A model generated the notes under the pieces. The model did no database searches. It was not told the origin of the DNA and saw only the letters and a program-made list of their open reading frames with translations. The position numbers and the translations under genes were made by a program. A stretch of 64,000 nt of DNA from an uncultured Bacteroidia bacterium (GTDB lineage: Bacteria > Bacteroidota > Bacteroidia > NS11-12g > UBA9320), in assembly GCA_963924815.1 (NCBI GenBank), contig CAWURO010000029.1:5616-69615 (forward strand), in the 5' to 3' direction. This document shows positions 21,568-32,100 of this stretch, piece after piece; position 1 is the stretch's first letter; each line of letters starts with the position of its first letter.

Positions 21568-22526
21568 CTAGTTCGTATTGTGCTACTAAGCAAGTATAGT
21601 GTTCCTATTAAACCAGGCAAGATCAAGTTAATAAACCATAAACAAGTTACGGCATGCAAGATGGCATTATCTGAGAGTAAACCCCCAAACAAAAGAGTAG
21701 TTACAAATACACGAACTCCTATATCAGATATAGCAGGAACTGGCGCCACGCTTTGCATCACATAGGCAATTGGAATTAAGGCAATTGTATACACAGGTAA
21801 AGAGAAATTTGAGAACAGTTGCAACAGTAAAAAAAACTGAAAAGCAAAAACAGTGTACCGAATAAATGCAATCGCCACAACCCGCGCAAACAGCTTGCGA
21901 TCATACTTTTTTATAAGCTTAAATGCTTTTGTAATTTTTTTGGGAATTCGCGGCTTTAACCAACGCAATAAGGGTTGTATAAAGAAAATAAGTAAGCAAA
22001 TTAAAACCATAACCATTACCAACATCCACACCTTATTAAACTCCTGCCAAACAGAGCCATAATCACCAAAAAAAGCCATGACTACCATGCACGATAGACC
22101 TATACCGTATGTCATTAACACCTGCGCTATATTACCTGTTACGGTAGCAATAACCACTTTAATAGGATGCAGTTTTTTAAGTAAAAGTCCGCGTCCTATG
22201 TACTCCCCCGAACGTGCCGGCGTAAAATTACTTATTGCCATACCTCCCAAAATCGTAAAAAATGCTCTAATATTAGTCAGTCTAATTTCTGATCGGATTA
22301 ACAGCTTAAATTTTTGCGCTTCGGCGTTCCAATTTACAAGCGCTAGTATGAGGACTAAAGAGAAAATCAACGGGTTTTTACTAAATTGAAGAACTATATC
22401 CGTAAGATTACCGTTGTCCATTTTGGATAACTGTATCACAAAGAAGTATATAGATACGATACTAAATATCCATTTTAGTAATGGATATATTCGTTTATAA
22501 TCAAATGTTTGCGACGCGTGGCTCAA
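21564..22526 (-). CDS. Polytopic membrane protein, flippase-like / lysyl-PG-synthase TM-region-like (UPF0104-type)
   Basis: About 8 TM helices. The stop overlaps the GT2 start by 4 nt. The family call is by resemblance and context only. TTG start. Confidence 0.5.
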   Translation of the reverse strand: MSHASQTFDYKRIYPLLKWIFSIVSIYFFVIQLSKMDNGNLTDIVLQFSKNPLIFSLVLILALVNWNAEAQKFKLLIRSEIRLTNIRAFFTILGGMAISNFTPARSGEYIGRGLLLKKLHPIKVVIATVTGNIAQVLMTYGIGLSCMVVMAFFGDYGSVWQEFNKVWMLVMVMVLICLLIFFIQPLLRWLKPRIPKKITKAFKLIKKYDRKLFARVVAIAFIRYTVFAFQFFLLLQLFSNFSLPVYTIALIPIAYVMQSVAPVPAISDIGVRVFVTTLLFGGLLSDNAILHAVTCLWFINLILPGLIGTLYLLSSTIRTR

Positions 22527-22571
22527 GAGTGTATTATCTTTAGATGGCTATGGCTACATTTGCTCCTTAGC

Positions 22572-23141
22572 GTGGCGAAAGATAACAATTACGATAAGAT
22601 AATCTTGGGAATAGACCCCGGAACTAATATTGCTGGTTACGGTATTATTGGAGTTACTAAAAATTCCATGGAGCTAATCAGTATGGGCATTTTTGATTTA
22701 CGAAAAGAAACAGATTATGCCAATAAATTGAAGGCTATATTCGAAAAATGTACGCAGTTAATGGACACATACTTACCAGACGAAGTGGCTCTAGAGGCTC
22801 CTTTTATGGGTAAAAACCCGCAGAGTATGCTTAAATTAGGTAGAGCTCAGGGTGTAAGTATGGCGGCGGCACTTAATCGGCAGATTCCTGTTTTTGAATA
22901 TGCACCATTAAGAGTTAAGCAAAGTGTTACCGGCAAGGGAACTTCTAGCAAAGAACAAGTAGCTGCCATGGTTCAAGTTTTACTAAATCTAGAAACCAAA
23001 CATTCTAAGCTAGACGCTACAGACGCGGTAGCTGTGGCGATATGCCATCATTTTATGAATAGTGGCGGGCCAGCTAAACCAAAAGAAAGCTATGGAAGTT
23101 GGGCTAGTTTTATCAGCAAAAACCCGGACAAGGTAAAGTAA
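22572..23141 (+). CDS. ruvC: Crossover junction endodeoxyribonuclease RuvC
   Basis: ILGIDPGTNIAGYGII N-terminal catalytic Asp motif. DATDAVAVAICH C-terminal motif. GTG 22572 gives the usual N-terminal length. The listed ATG 22509 adds 21 unlikely residues and overlaps the divergent gene. Confidence 0.85.
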   Translation: MAKDNNYDKIILGIDPGTNIAGYGIIGVTKNSMELISMGIFDLRKETDYANKLKAIFEKCTQLMDTYLPDEVALEAPFMGKNPQSMLKLGRAQGVSMAAALNRQIPVFEYAPLRVKQSVTGKGTSSKEQVAAMVQVLLNLETKHSKLDATDAVAVAICHHFMNSGGPAKPKESYGSWASFISKNPDKVK

Positions 23142-23540
23142 CTATGCTAATTGAAACGCAGAAGAAATAGTCTTAGCAATTTCTGTCATTCTCTCTGGAG
23201 ATAAATTCAATTTCAGATTTGCAAAACTTACATCACCTACCTCGTGTATAGGGATAAGATGAATATGTGCGTGAGGCACTTCTAATCCCACTACAGCTAC
23301 TCCTACTCTCTCACAAGGAATAGATGCATCTATCGCATTAGCCACCTTTTTTGCAAATAAGGTTAACCCACTATACATGTCATCGTCTAGATCAAAAATA
23401 TAATCTACTGCTACTTTAGGAATAACCAAGACATGCCCTTCTTTAATCGGGGATACGTCCAAAAAAGCCAAGAACTCATCCGTTTCAGCTATTTTATAAC
23501 ATGGGATCTCTCCCGCAACAATCTTTTCAAATACAGTCAC
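23142..23540 (-). CDS. HIT-family nucleotide hydrolase/transferase
   Basis: Histidine triad HAHIHLIP and HVLVIPK. 132 aa. Confidence 0.9.
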   Translation of the reverse strand: MTVFEKIVAGEIPCYKIAETDEFLAFLDVSPIKEGHVLVIPKVAVDYIFDLDDDMYSGLTLFAKKVANAIDASIPCERVGVAVVGLEVPHAHIHLIPIHEVGDVSFANLKLNLSPERMTEIAKTISSAFQLA

Positions 23541-24010
23541 TAAAGACCTATTTCTAAAATCTCGAAGTGAATAATACCCGCCGGAACTTGAATCTCTGCT
23601 ATTTCACCTAGTTTCTTACCCATCAGGCCCTCTCCAATTGGAGATTTTACCGATATTTTACCTGCTTTCAAATCCGCTTCACTTTCATCTACGATGGTGT
23701 AACTTACTTCTTTATTTACTTTTTTATTGAGTAATCGTACTTTGCTCAGAATATTCACCTTGCTTAGATCTATATCTTTGGGATCAATTACGCGGCAATT
23801 CGCCATCGTATTTTTCAGTTGAGATATTTTCATCTCTAATAGTCCTTGCTCCTCTTTCGCAGCGTCATACTCCGCATTTTCAGACAAGTCACCTTTATCT
23901 CTAGCATCTGCTATTTGACCTGTAATACGTTTACGCTCTACCTTTTCTAAGTGCGCTATTTGTTCAATCAAAGAATCATATCCTTGTTGGGTTACATAGT
24001 TTATTGCCAT
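23540..24010 (-). CDS. greA: Transcription elongation factor GreA
   Basis: GreA signature DLSENAEYDAAKEEQ. 157 aa from ATG 24010. The listed longer start (24076) runs through a perfect hairpin and adds a Cys-rich extension unlike GreA. Confidence 0.9.
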   Translation of the reverse strand: MAINYVTQQGYDSLIEQIAHLEKVERKRITGQIADARDKGDLSENAEYDAAKEEQGLLEMKISQLKNTMANCRVIDPKDIDLSKVNILSKVRLLNKKVNKEVSYTIVDESEADLKAGKISVKSPIGEGLMGKKLGEIAEIQVPAGIIHFEILEIGL

Positions 24011-24029
24011 TATTTTTATTTTGTTGGTT

Positions 24030-24073
24030 GTATAAAAACACAATGTTGCGGCTCTATGTGAACCGCAACATTG
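24030..24073 (-). terminator. Intrinsic terminator after the PorV/PorQ-like gene (minus strand)
   Basis: Perfect 11-bp stem caatgttgcgg / ccgcaacattg (24041-24051 and 24063-24073) with an 11-nt loop. On the minus strand it is followed by tgttttta. Confidence 0.7.
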
Positions 24074-24107
24074 CAAAGATAATTTTTATTCGTAGGTATA
24101 ACCGATA

Positions 24108-25205
24108 TTATTCGCCTATATTAAGTCGCACACCAAAAGTATGAGAACCTCCAAATGGATTAGAATGTCTGTATGCATAATCTAAACCAAAAGTTGTTTC
24201 AGAATCTTTACTAACAGGTACTTCAAATGTAAAGCCCCCTGTTATTCCGGTGAATGCATTCGTTCTTGTATCGTAATTTAGGATACCTTTTTCGTAGCCA
24301 TAACCAGCTCTTAACTGTAACATTTTTTTGTACCCATACTCGGCACCAATTGTAAATTGATTGGCAGAGAATGCGTTATTCGTAAATGTAAAAGCAGGCG
24401 TAAATCTATGAAAATAGGTTTCATTGTTTTTGTCTAATCTGACGTCATACGACGCGCTAATATTCATTAGAGTAGGAAGGTTAAAACTTGCTGCACGCTG
24501 ACTTACAGTAGCCTGTTGATCTGTTTCTGGATCCGTTCTTTTTACAGACAAACCATCACCAGAGTATGCCGCATCAGGACCTATATTTTTAAGAGAAACG
24601 CCAAATTTAACATCATTTTTCTTCATCTTGTTATACCCTTTATCTTTGGGGTTACTTCGTAAGGTCGTGATATATTGTATCCCTGCATCTAAACCTAATC
24701 CTTGTGCTTTTACATTGGTAATAGACTCTGAAAAAATCTTAAAACCTACGCCACCAGATATCTCTCTAGTAAACTGCTTAGAATAAGCTGCAGAAAGATT
24801 AGTAAATCTAGGTTTGTATGTTCCTATTCCTCCATCTGGCTGCTCATTTGTAGTAATAGGGATGTCTCCCAAATCATAACTCATAACGCTAAAGCCAAGT
24901 ACTCCATTTCCCCCTAAATTTTGGGCAAAACCAAACGTATTGATATTAATATCACTACCTAGTAACCACGCTGTTCTTGAAAAGATGATTTCTGTTTTCG
25001 GTGTATACGCTAAGCCGCCAATATTGCTGTACATGGCTTCTAATCCGCTTACGCTGCTCACAGAAGCCCAACCCCAGCCGGCACTTCTTCCCCAACCATT
25101 AATATTTAGTTGTGTAGCACCTGCTTGGCCAATACGGTCCGGATTCCCAGCCATAATAGCTGTTGTAGCTGACAATAAAATCGATAATATTATAATTTTT
25201 TTCAT
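24108..25205 (-). CDS. PorV/PorQ-family-like outer-membrane beta-barrel protein
   Basis: Signal peptide. The N-terminal segment GQAGATQLNINGWGRSAGWGWASVSSVSGLEAMYSNIGGLAY follows the G-x-A-x-x-L-x-I-x-x-x-R-x-x-G-x-G pattern of PorV/PorQ-type barrels. The rest shows alternating beta-strand character. The family call is by pattern only. Confidence 0.6.
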   Translation of the reverse strand: MKKIIILSILLSATTAIMAGNPDRIGQAGATQLNINGWGRSAGWGWASVSSVSGLEAMYSNIGGLAYTPKTEIIFSRTAWLLGSDININTFGFAQNLGGNGVLGFSVMSYDLGDIPITTNEQPDGGIGTYKPRFTNLSAAYSKQFTREISGGVGFKIFSESITNVKAQGLGLDAGIQYITTLRSNPKDKGYNKMKKNDVKFGVSLKNIGPDAAYSGDGLSVKRTDPETDQQATVSQRAASFNLPTLMNISASYDVRLDKNNETYFHRFTPAFTFTNNAFSANQFTIGAEYGYKKMLQLRAGYGYEKGILNYDTRTNAFTGITGGFTFEVPVSKDSETTFGLDYAYRHSNPFGGSHTFGVRLNIGE

Positions 25206-25234
25206 TATTCTTCTAATTTTAAATGTTACAATGC

Positions 25235-28200
25235 CTAGAATGAATCCAAGTCTAACTCACGCATTACACCCATCCATTTTAGTATTTTCTCTCCAAGCTC
25301 ACCTGCATCAATATGTATGATATACATACCACTTGCTATCGGCACACCTGCACCATTTTTCAGGTTCCAATCTGTTTCCGTTGTTAAGTCGTCTTTCTTA
25401 ATTCTTCTAACAAGTGCCCCATCTAAGGTATAGATTGATATATCACATTTTGGTGGTAAATTGGTAAATTTAACTCTGTTGTCAATAGCACTGGTCTCGT
25501 AAGTAGAGTATGCATAATATGGATTAGGAACTATGTTCGCTAAATCTATAAGAGCTTTTTTACCAGCCTCACTATTTACGTTGTTGTAAATATCATCGGT
25601 GTTAAATTTATACTTTGGTAGTCCATCGTTGACAGCTGAAGTTTCTGGAGTTCTACCGTACGGCAATGCAACGCGAAGTTTGATAGTAACCTCATTCTGA
25701 GGTACTGGCATACCAGATGCATTTTCCTTCATATTCTTACCTAAGGCCAAATAAGTAGGAATTACCCAATCGCAGTTTTGATAAATTTTGGTTAACGCCT
25801 CATATCTCTTATCCTCTGCCATAGTTGGAACTATAGTATTGAAAATATCGTAGTATGCGTTTCCTTTATCATATGCTATACCTGTCTCCGGGAGTTTAGG
25901 GTGCTTACTTTTAACCACACCTTGATGAGAACCCATTACGTATATAAAATGACGCCCACCAAACTTTGGATACAACGCACCTCCTACAAAGCCCTGATCA
26001 TCGGTTGGATTCCACTTCATATCTCGACCATTTTCTGATCTTAAGTATGAATCTTCACCAATAATAATGTTCATTCTTTCTCCTGTATTTAAGTTAATCG
26101 CATACCCTGGGAAGATGGTTTTACCAGGAGGCAAATCTGTACCCTTATAGTTTAGGGTGCCTTTTCTCATATCAAATTTCTGAGCTCCTCCTTCATTTAG
26201 TCCAGGATCTTCACCCATTTCAATCATAACACACTCGGTCCATTTACTCTCATCTGGCGTAATTACTATATCTACATTGCTCAAGTATTGTAAGTAAATA
26301 CTTGCTGGGTAATCATATCCAAAAGTAAAAGGCTGCTCCAAATTAACAGGTCTTGAAGGAGGTCGAGTAGGATCCACTTTTGCGGTTCTAGAAACTAATC
26401 TATTCGGAGCTATTCGCCCATCCCAAATTCGTTCGTATGCAGCTCCCCTATCTATACTTCCAACATTTGCGGCGTAATCGTGCCAAGAAGGTTCGTTAAA
26501 ATTAGTGTTAGCGCCTTGTAATCCTGATCGAATCCAATCGTAAGCACCAAATTGTCTTGCTTGCGTTACATCTTGATCTTTTACAGCAGTAAGCCATTCG
26601 TTACTTGGATCAGAGAAAGTAACTGACCAATCTATCAATCCATTTTTAGGATATAATGCTGAGTTTCTTCCTGGCGCTGCTATTTGTTCCACCGTTACTG
26701 CTAATCCCCAATCAAAAATGGACTTCCCAGTAGTTGACTCTAGAATAATTTGCTCGTTTTTATAGCTAATTGCAGTATCGCCGTCAATTATATCTCCGGT
26801 TTCAATGCGTTCTAGTTTCCACGAAACTCTACTCGCAGGTAGGGTGTCTTCGTTTCCAGTAATAGCCTGACCTCTGTATGGCACTAGAGACAACTCGAAA
26901 TTACCTTTTGGCACTTTAAGTGGATCTATTACTTTTATGTCAATTGGGCCATGTCCATTCTCATACTTAGGATTAGCTGATATCCCATCTCTTAGTATCT
27001 CATCTTTGGTTTCTTGGGTAAGTTCTAAGCTATTAAAGCCATTTCCTTTACCCGATAGTCTAATCAATTCGGGACCATCTCCATAAAATGATGGAGCCGA
27101 AGAACCCCCATACTTAGGTGCTAATTTATGTGGTGACGCAGAGAATTTCTGTACTCTTCTTCCTCCTAGATATGGTGTAGTCTGACTATTGCCTGCAGCA
27201 TAAGATACAACTATATAGTAATACGTTTTAAAATTAACCAATGTTTTATCAGAGCCTGTTGCAAATTCATCCTCCACAATTTTAATAGTATGCACTAACC
27301 CCTCGTTATTGCCTCTAACTTTCAGCACAGGAATACTTGCTCCAACATCAGCCTTAAACTCACGATTGATCAATGTCTCAAAGTTGTCGGTTAAATCACA
27401 TTGAAAAATTTCTCTTGCTTTAGATAAATCATCTAACTCCGATAAACTTACTCCCCCATTTTTCAATTGAAATACTCTATACCCCTGGAAAGTAAATACT
27501 TCTGGTTGATTTAAACCATTGATTATAGTATCTCTATAATTCTCTACAAATCGAGAATTAGTATTTCCTAGAGAAAGCACTAATTGCTGATCTTGCTCGT
27601 GCACTTCTACGTCAGGTGCATCAGGACCATCAATAAGATTAAAACAAGAATTAAATAGTTGTTGTGCTTTTTTACTTGCTTCTTTTAGCAAATCTAATGA
27701 CCCAGAAGCACCACCAAAAGGAGCTCTTGCCCATACTACTCCAACAGTAAGTCTTTGAACAGAACCTGGCTCTAACTCAAAAGGACCAGATGACTGTATA
27801 AATCTTCTATCCGCAGGCGAGTTTCCAGCCTCTTTCTCATTCCACATTTTTTTGTTATGTGTTGGGTCTGTGTCCCCTGGGAACATCCAATCTGCTTTAG
27901 TACCATCTGTTCCAACTATACCGTCACCTCCATAAAGAATATCGGTACCCGTTCTCCATTTACCTTGTAAGTAGTTATAAAAATCTGTAGCTAAACTTGG
28001 ATTACCATTTACCGTGTTCGCATCATTATTGTAATAAACGAATTTAGACATCCCAAGCTCTTTTTCAACCAACACCCCATTCTCAAGAACTTTAGCAGTT
28101 GGCCCTTCAAAGAAATCAACTCCTACTGATGGTGGATTTAACCCGTAACCTGTAACTCCTTCATCATTATCATCACCGTTATAGCAATAACCTAACGAAA

Positions 28201-29134
28201 GACCTACGTCACAACCTACATAATCATCATTATAGAAACCCAGATCTGCATCTACCCACTGACCAAAATATGTGTTGATTAATTTAGTAGCCCCTCTATT
28301 GGTAATTCGAGTCGTGTAGAAGGTCATATCATTAATCTCGTCATTAGTTGCAAACGCAAAAGCAGTTGTTTGCATCTCAACCCCAATTGGATCTCCTTGT
28401 GTTTCAGAGTGTACATTTCCTTTATCATTATAAATCCACCACAACATTTGATCGGGTTGATCTACTCCTTCGTTGGGTATATTAACACCCTGACATTGCT
28501 CTCTTAAGATAGGATAATCACCTCCTGATGGTGTATAATATCCATTACCATCTACATCTTTATATGGTGCAAGAGGGTATACATCACTCGGACCTTGTCC
28601 TGGCCAGTCATATAGTTGGTCAGCTGGCTCTGTAACTAAACCAGTTGCCCAATCAATAATATTTTTACCATCTACTTTGAATATTTTATCCCACTTTTCA
28701 CAAACCGAACTACTCGTATTTGCTGTATTGGGATCTAATGGTCCCGGCCAAAAGTCTGAACCACGCTGACGATAAGTCATAGCTGCAAGTCTTAAGTTAC
28801 CGCCTAAATCTTCGCCTCCTATCCAAATAGCCCCAGAGAAAAGACTGTTTTTACGAACAGAGTTCAAATCTTCTATTTTTGGAATTTCATATTTAGCAGC
28901 ATTAAGGTCCCACCACATGTCACCACCATTTAATATCTTGGTACGCACGTTGTTGATATCCAAATCTGCACTTTGAGTAGCCGCATCACAATCGCTACCA
29001 AATTTCATCTTTTCAGAAGAACCTCCACTGCGTGTGGTACGTGGTGCTTCTAGATTCACATTTTCTCGTGCAATAGTTACTATGCATAAAAGCATACCTA
29101 GCACTAATGTTATTTTTCTTATTTCTTTCTTCAT
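25235..29134 (-). CDS. Large secreted protein of unknown function (1299 aa) with T9SS-CTD-like C-terminal beta-sandwich
   Basis: ATG 29134 gives the signal peptide MKKEIRKITLVLGMLLCIVTIA. The body is rich in G/D/N/W/Y and I cannot name any domain in it. The C-terminal IVPNPYYAYS...ISIYTLDGALVRRI...GVPIASGMYIIHIDAG resembles T9SS/FlgD-Ig-like sorting domains. Confidence 0.7.
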   Translation of the reverse strand: MKKEIRKITLVLGMLLCIVTIARENVNLEAPRTTRSGGSSEKMKFGSDCDAATQSADLDINNVRTKILNGGDMWWDLNAAKYEIPKIEDLNSVRKNSLFSGAIWIGGEDLGGNLRLAAMTYRQRGSDFWPGPLDPNTANTSSSVCEKWDKIFKVDGKNIIDWATGLVTEPADQLYDWPGQGPSDVYPLAPYKDVDGNGYYTPSGGDYPILREQCQGVNIPNEGVDQPDQMLWWIYNDKGNVHSETQGDPIGVEMQTTAFAFATNDEINDMTFYTTRITNRGATKLINTYFGQWVDADLGFYNDDYVGCDVGLSLGYCYNGDDNDEGVTGYGLNPPSVGVDFFEGPTAKVLENGVLVEKELGMSKFVYYNNDANTVNGNPSLATDFYNYLQGKWRTGTDILYGGDGIVGTDGTKADWMFPGDTDPTHNKKMWNEKEAGNSPADRRFIQSSGPFELEPGSVQRLTVGVVWARAPFGGASGSLDLLKEASKKAQQLFNSCFNLIDGPDAPDVEVHEQDQQLVLSLGNTNSRFVENYRDTIINGLNQPEVFTFQGYRVFQLKNGGVSLSELDDLSKAREIFQCDLTDNFETLINREFKADVGASIPVLKVRGNNEGLVHTIKIVEDEFATGSDKTLVNFKTYYYIVVSYAAGNSQTTPYLGGRRVQKFSASPHKLAPKYGGSSAPSFYGDGPELIRLSGKGNGFNSLELTQETKDEILRDGISANPKYENGHGPIDIKVIDPLKVPKGNFELSLVPYRGQAITGNEDTLPASRVSWKLERIETGDIIDGDTAISYKNEQIILESTTGKSIFDWGLAVTVEQIAAPGRNSALYPKNGLIDWSVTFSDPSNEWLTAVKDQDVTQARQFGAYDWIRSGLQGANTNFNEPSWHDYAANVGSIDRGAAYERIWDGRIAPNRLVSRTAKVDPTRPPSRPVNLEQPFTFGYDYPASIYLQYLSNVDIVITPDESKWTECVMIEMGEDPGLNEGGAQKFDMRKGTLNYKGTDLPPGKTIFPGYAINLNTGERMNIIIGEDSYLRSENGRDMKWNPTDDQGFVGGALYPKFGGRHFIYVMGSHQGVVKSKHPKLPETGIAYDKGNAYYDIFNTIVPTMAEDKRYEALTKIYQNCDWVIPTYLALGKNMKENASGMPVPQNEVTIKLRVALPYGRTPETSAVNDGLPKYKFNTDDIYNNVNSEAGKKALIDLANIVPNPYYAYSTYETSAIDNRVKFTNLPPKCDISIYTLDGALVRRIKKDDLTTETDWNLKNGAGVPIASGMYIIHIDAGELGEKILKWMGVMRELDLDSF

Positions 29135-29165
29135 CGATTCTATCTTTTGAGCTGTGTTACTTTTA

Positions 29166-32100
29166 TTAGAAATATACTCTGACACCTAATCTTGTTAATC
29201 TTGGAACAGAATAGCTATATGGGTTGTTAACCTTTGCATTATACATGTCAACGTAAGACTGTGTACGAACTTGATTTTCTGCTTGCTGAACTCCAATTGG
29301 AGAACTTAACCAACCATCATTATTTGCTAAACCCGTAAATCCATAAACACTTTCTACGTTTTGCGTATTTAGCAAGTTTTGAACCCATAAGAAAACGCTT
29401 AAATCCATAGCATTTCTTCTGTATTGATCTTTAGTGTGTTTTTTCTTAATTGTGAAATTTTTATTAAAGTTGGCATCTACTTTAAACTGCCAAGGTAGTC
29501 TAGACCCAAAAGGATTACCATCTAAAGTCTGTCTTCCGCTTGAGCCAATAGCAACACTGGCAATTGGATTGACATATGCAGAATATGGCCCTCCTGATTT
29601 AGTGCTAATAATAAAGTTTGCTCCTGCATCTTCAAAAACTCGTGTTTTGCCCCAAATAGGACCAGTATAATCATTGCCACTTTTAAATCTGTAGTCTAAG
29701 ATTGCAGTGATTTGATGTCTGATATCACGCTCAGTTGGATAAAGAGATCTCAAATTAGGAAGGTTAGCTTGAATTAACGTTGCTGCAGAATTTACGTTAG
29801 ATCCTGTACCATCCGCAAAAAGTAGTGAATAGTTAAGCGCTAAAGAAGTTCTGCCTTCACCTCTTAACTCATACTCTGCTCTAAAGTTTTTAATAGTTTC
29901 AAAATCTAAATTTTGGTAACTATTATACGAAATAGGATACGATTGATCAATTCTAACCAAGGCATAATCTCCAACAGTTTCTCTATAGGCTGCTATTAAG
30001 CTTAACGCTGAGTTTTTTGATAACGTTTGTTTAAATCCTAACTCGTAGCTGGTAGTGATACGTGGCTTTAAGTTTGGATTTGCTAAGACACTACCTTGAT
30101 TTGATTCCAGGTAAGCATAGGCATTGATTGGGGCAAAAATGGCTCCGTTTTGAGGACGTTGCGCCAATTTATCGTAATTCGCAAAAAACTGTGCTTCAGA
30201 ATTAATCGGGAATGAGAACCATACCCTTGGCAATACATTAATTACAGGGGTGTAATCTTCAAATGATTCATTAACCAGTCCTTCTTTGGCATCTACCAAA
30301 AATGGCTGTATCCTGCCGCTATTTGAGTTTTGAGCTAGTAATGCTGGATTAGACAACTCACTACCATCGGCATTATACCATTTGCTTCCGTCTCTATAAC
30401 CAAGCACTTTTTTAGGATCATTAATGTCATTTACATAAACCACATAATCATCTCCTATGTTAGCAGGTATATCGTATCCGTTTAATAAGGCAGCTCCTCT
30501 TCCAGAAGCTATATTGGCAAGCTCCCCGGCACTATAGGTAGGAAATAATGAATACTGATCTTTTATGCCACTCTGATTTGCATCATAACGCTCTACACGC
30601 ACTCCTAATCTTAAGATCAAATCTTTGAACTGGAATTTATCTTGTAGCCAAATTGCACTGTATACCGGAGCGAATGAACCGATACTCTTATTTTGTGCGT
30701 CGTTAATAAAATCATTAAGACCGAATTTTTTACGTGTTCTTCTACCTAAATAATCATACCCATAATAATTTACGTAGCTATTACCGTTGTTCCATAAATC
30801 TGCTGCACTAAACATTTTTAAGTCAAAAATACTTGGATCTAAGCTATTGATGTCTATATAAGAGGTTTCTCCATATAAGTTACCGTTGATATCTTTGATA
30901 CCTTTGTCTATCAGTTTTGCTCTAAGATTTTTATCAAACGTTTTTTGTTGATCCTTATCTACTCTAATATTATAAGAAACAGAATCAGTAAATGTTCCAA
31001 AGTCATCATAAGAATGTTGACCTCCTATAATATAGCCGTTTTCTGTAATTTGATCTAAACTAGAAATATGACTATTAGCCAATAATGGCATTAATCTCCA
31101 TAAGTTAGTCGCCCCAATTCCCCAACTACTAAACGAGGTTTGCTCGTAGTACATTCCAAATTGTAAATCATGTGAATTTTCCAAGTTTAAAATAGCCTCA
31201 CCTTGTGCATATGCAGCAGCTCTTTCGGTTTGAGACTTAGAATACCCATTATTACCTGCACCTGGATTATTCCATAAAGAATAAGTTAAGCCTGGAGTAA
31301 ATCCATTGAGCAAACCTAACTGCTGAATAACTTGATCGTCGCTAAAGATACCCGTTCTGTTTGAACCTCCAAAAGCTGCTTTCGCATAATCAAAGATAGC
31401 TTGGGTGTAGTTTGCTCTTTCTGGATTCTTATCGCTCGCCTCAAAAGTGATGTTGTTTGTTCCGTAATCTACCAGATTAAAGAATCCTGCACGCGTTACC
31501 GTATCTCCTTTTTGATCTATAAAGCGAGTCGCCTCTTCAGTGTATTGATAAACCGGTACTCTGTTAGAAGTGAATTTACCGATATGACCGTAATCGAAAA
31601 TATTGTCACCGAAAAGTATATTTTGAGTTTCGCTCCAGCTACTTTGATAATCTAAACGAATCGTATAAAATGCATCCGAAAACAATGATTTTTCTTTCTC
31701 TTTATCGTCTTCAGATGTTTCTCCTAAACGTTGAGTATATTTCAAATAGGTTCTAAGTGTTTGATTAGTTGAGTTACTATAGTTGCTATAGTCCATCAAA
31801 CTTTGTGAATAATTCCAATTGTTGCCTTGACCTTGGTTGTAACTTCCAAACAGCGTAAGGGAAGTGCTTTTGTTAGGCAAAAACTCAATTTTACCTTGTG
31901 CATTTCCTACATAAGCTCCCACATTTTTCCGAGCTTTACTCCACTCCAAGTCACTTTTATCCAAAAGCAACGAGCTATAGACAAACCCTGGGCCATTAGG
32001 ATTTTCTATGATAGGATTTTCTTGAATCTTTTGAAGTGATGCATCTTTTAAGTAGTAAAATCCACCATAACCTGGTCTAGGATCTGCCGTGTAGTTGATA

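Noticed and set aside
24108-29134. Calling the 1299-aa gene and the 365-aa barrel canonical porU and porV.
   Set aside because: The size and order resemble porU-porV. However, I cannot find a gingipain/C25-type Cys-His sortase signature, and the barrel N-terminus differs from the PorV sequences I remember. Without an HMM search, the specific names would be unsupported, so I kept the generic family-level call.
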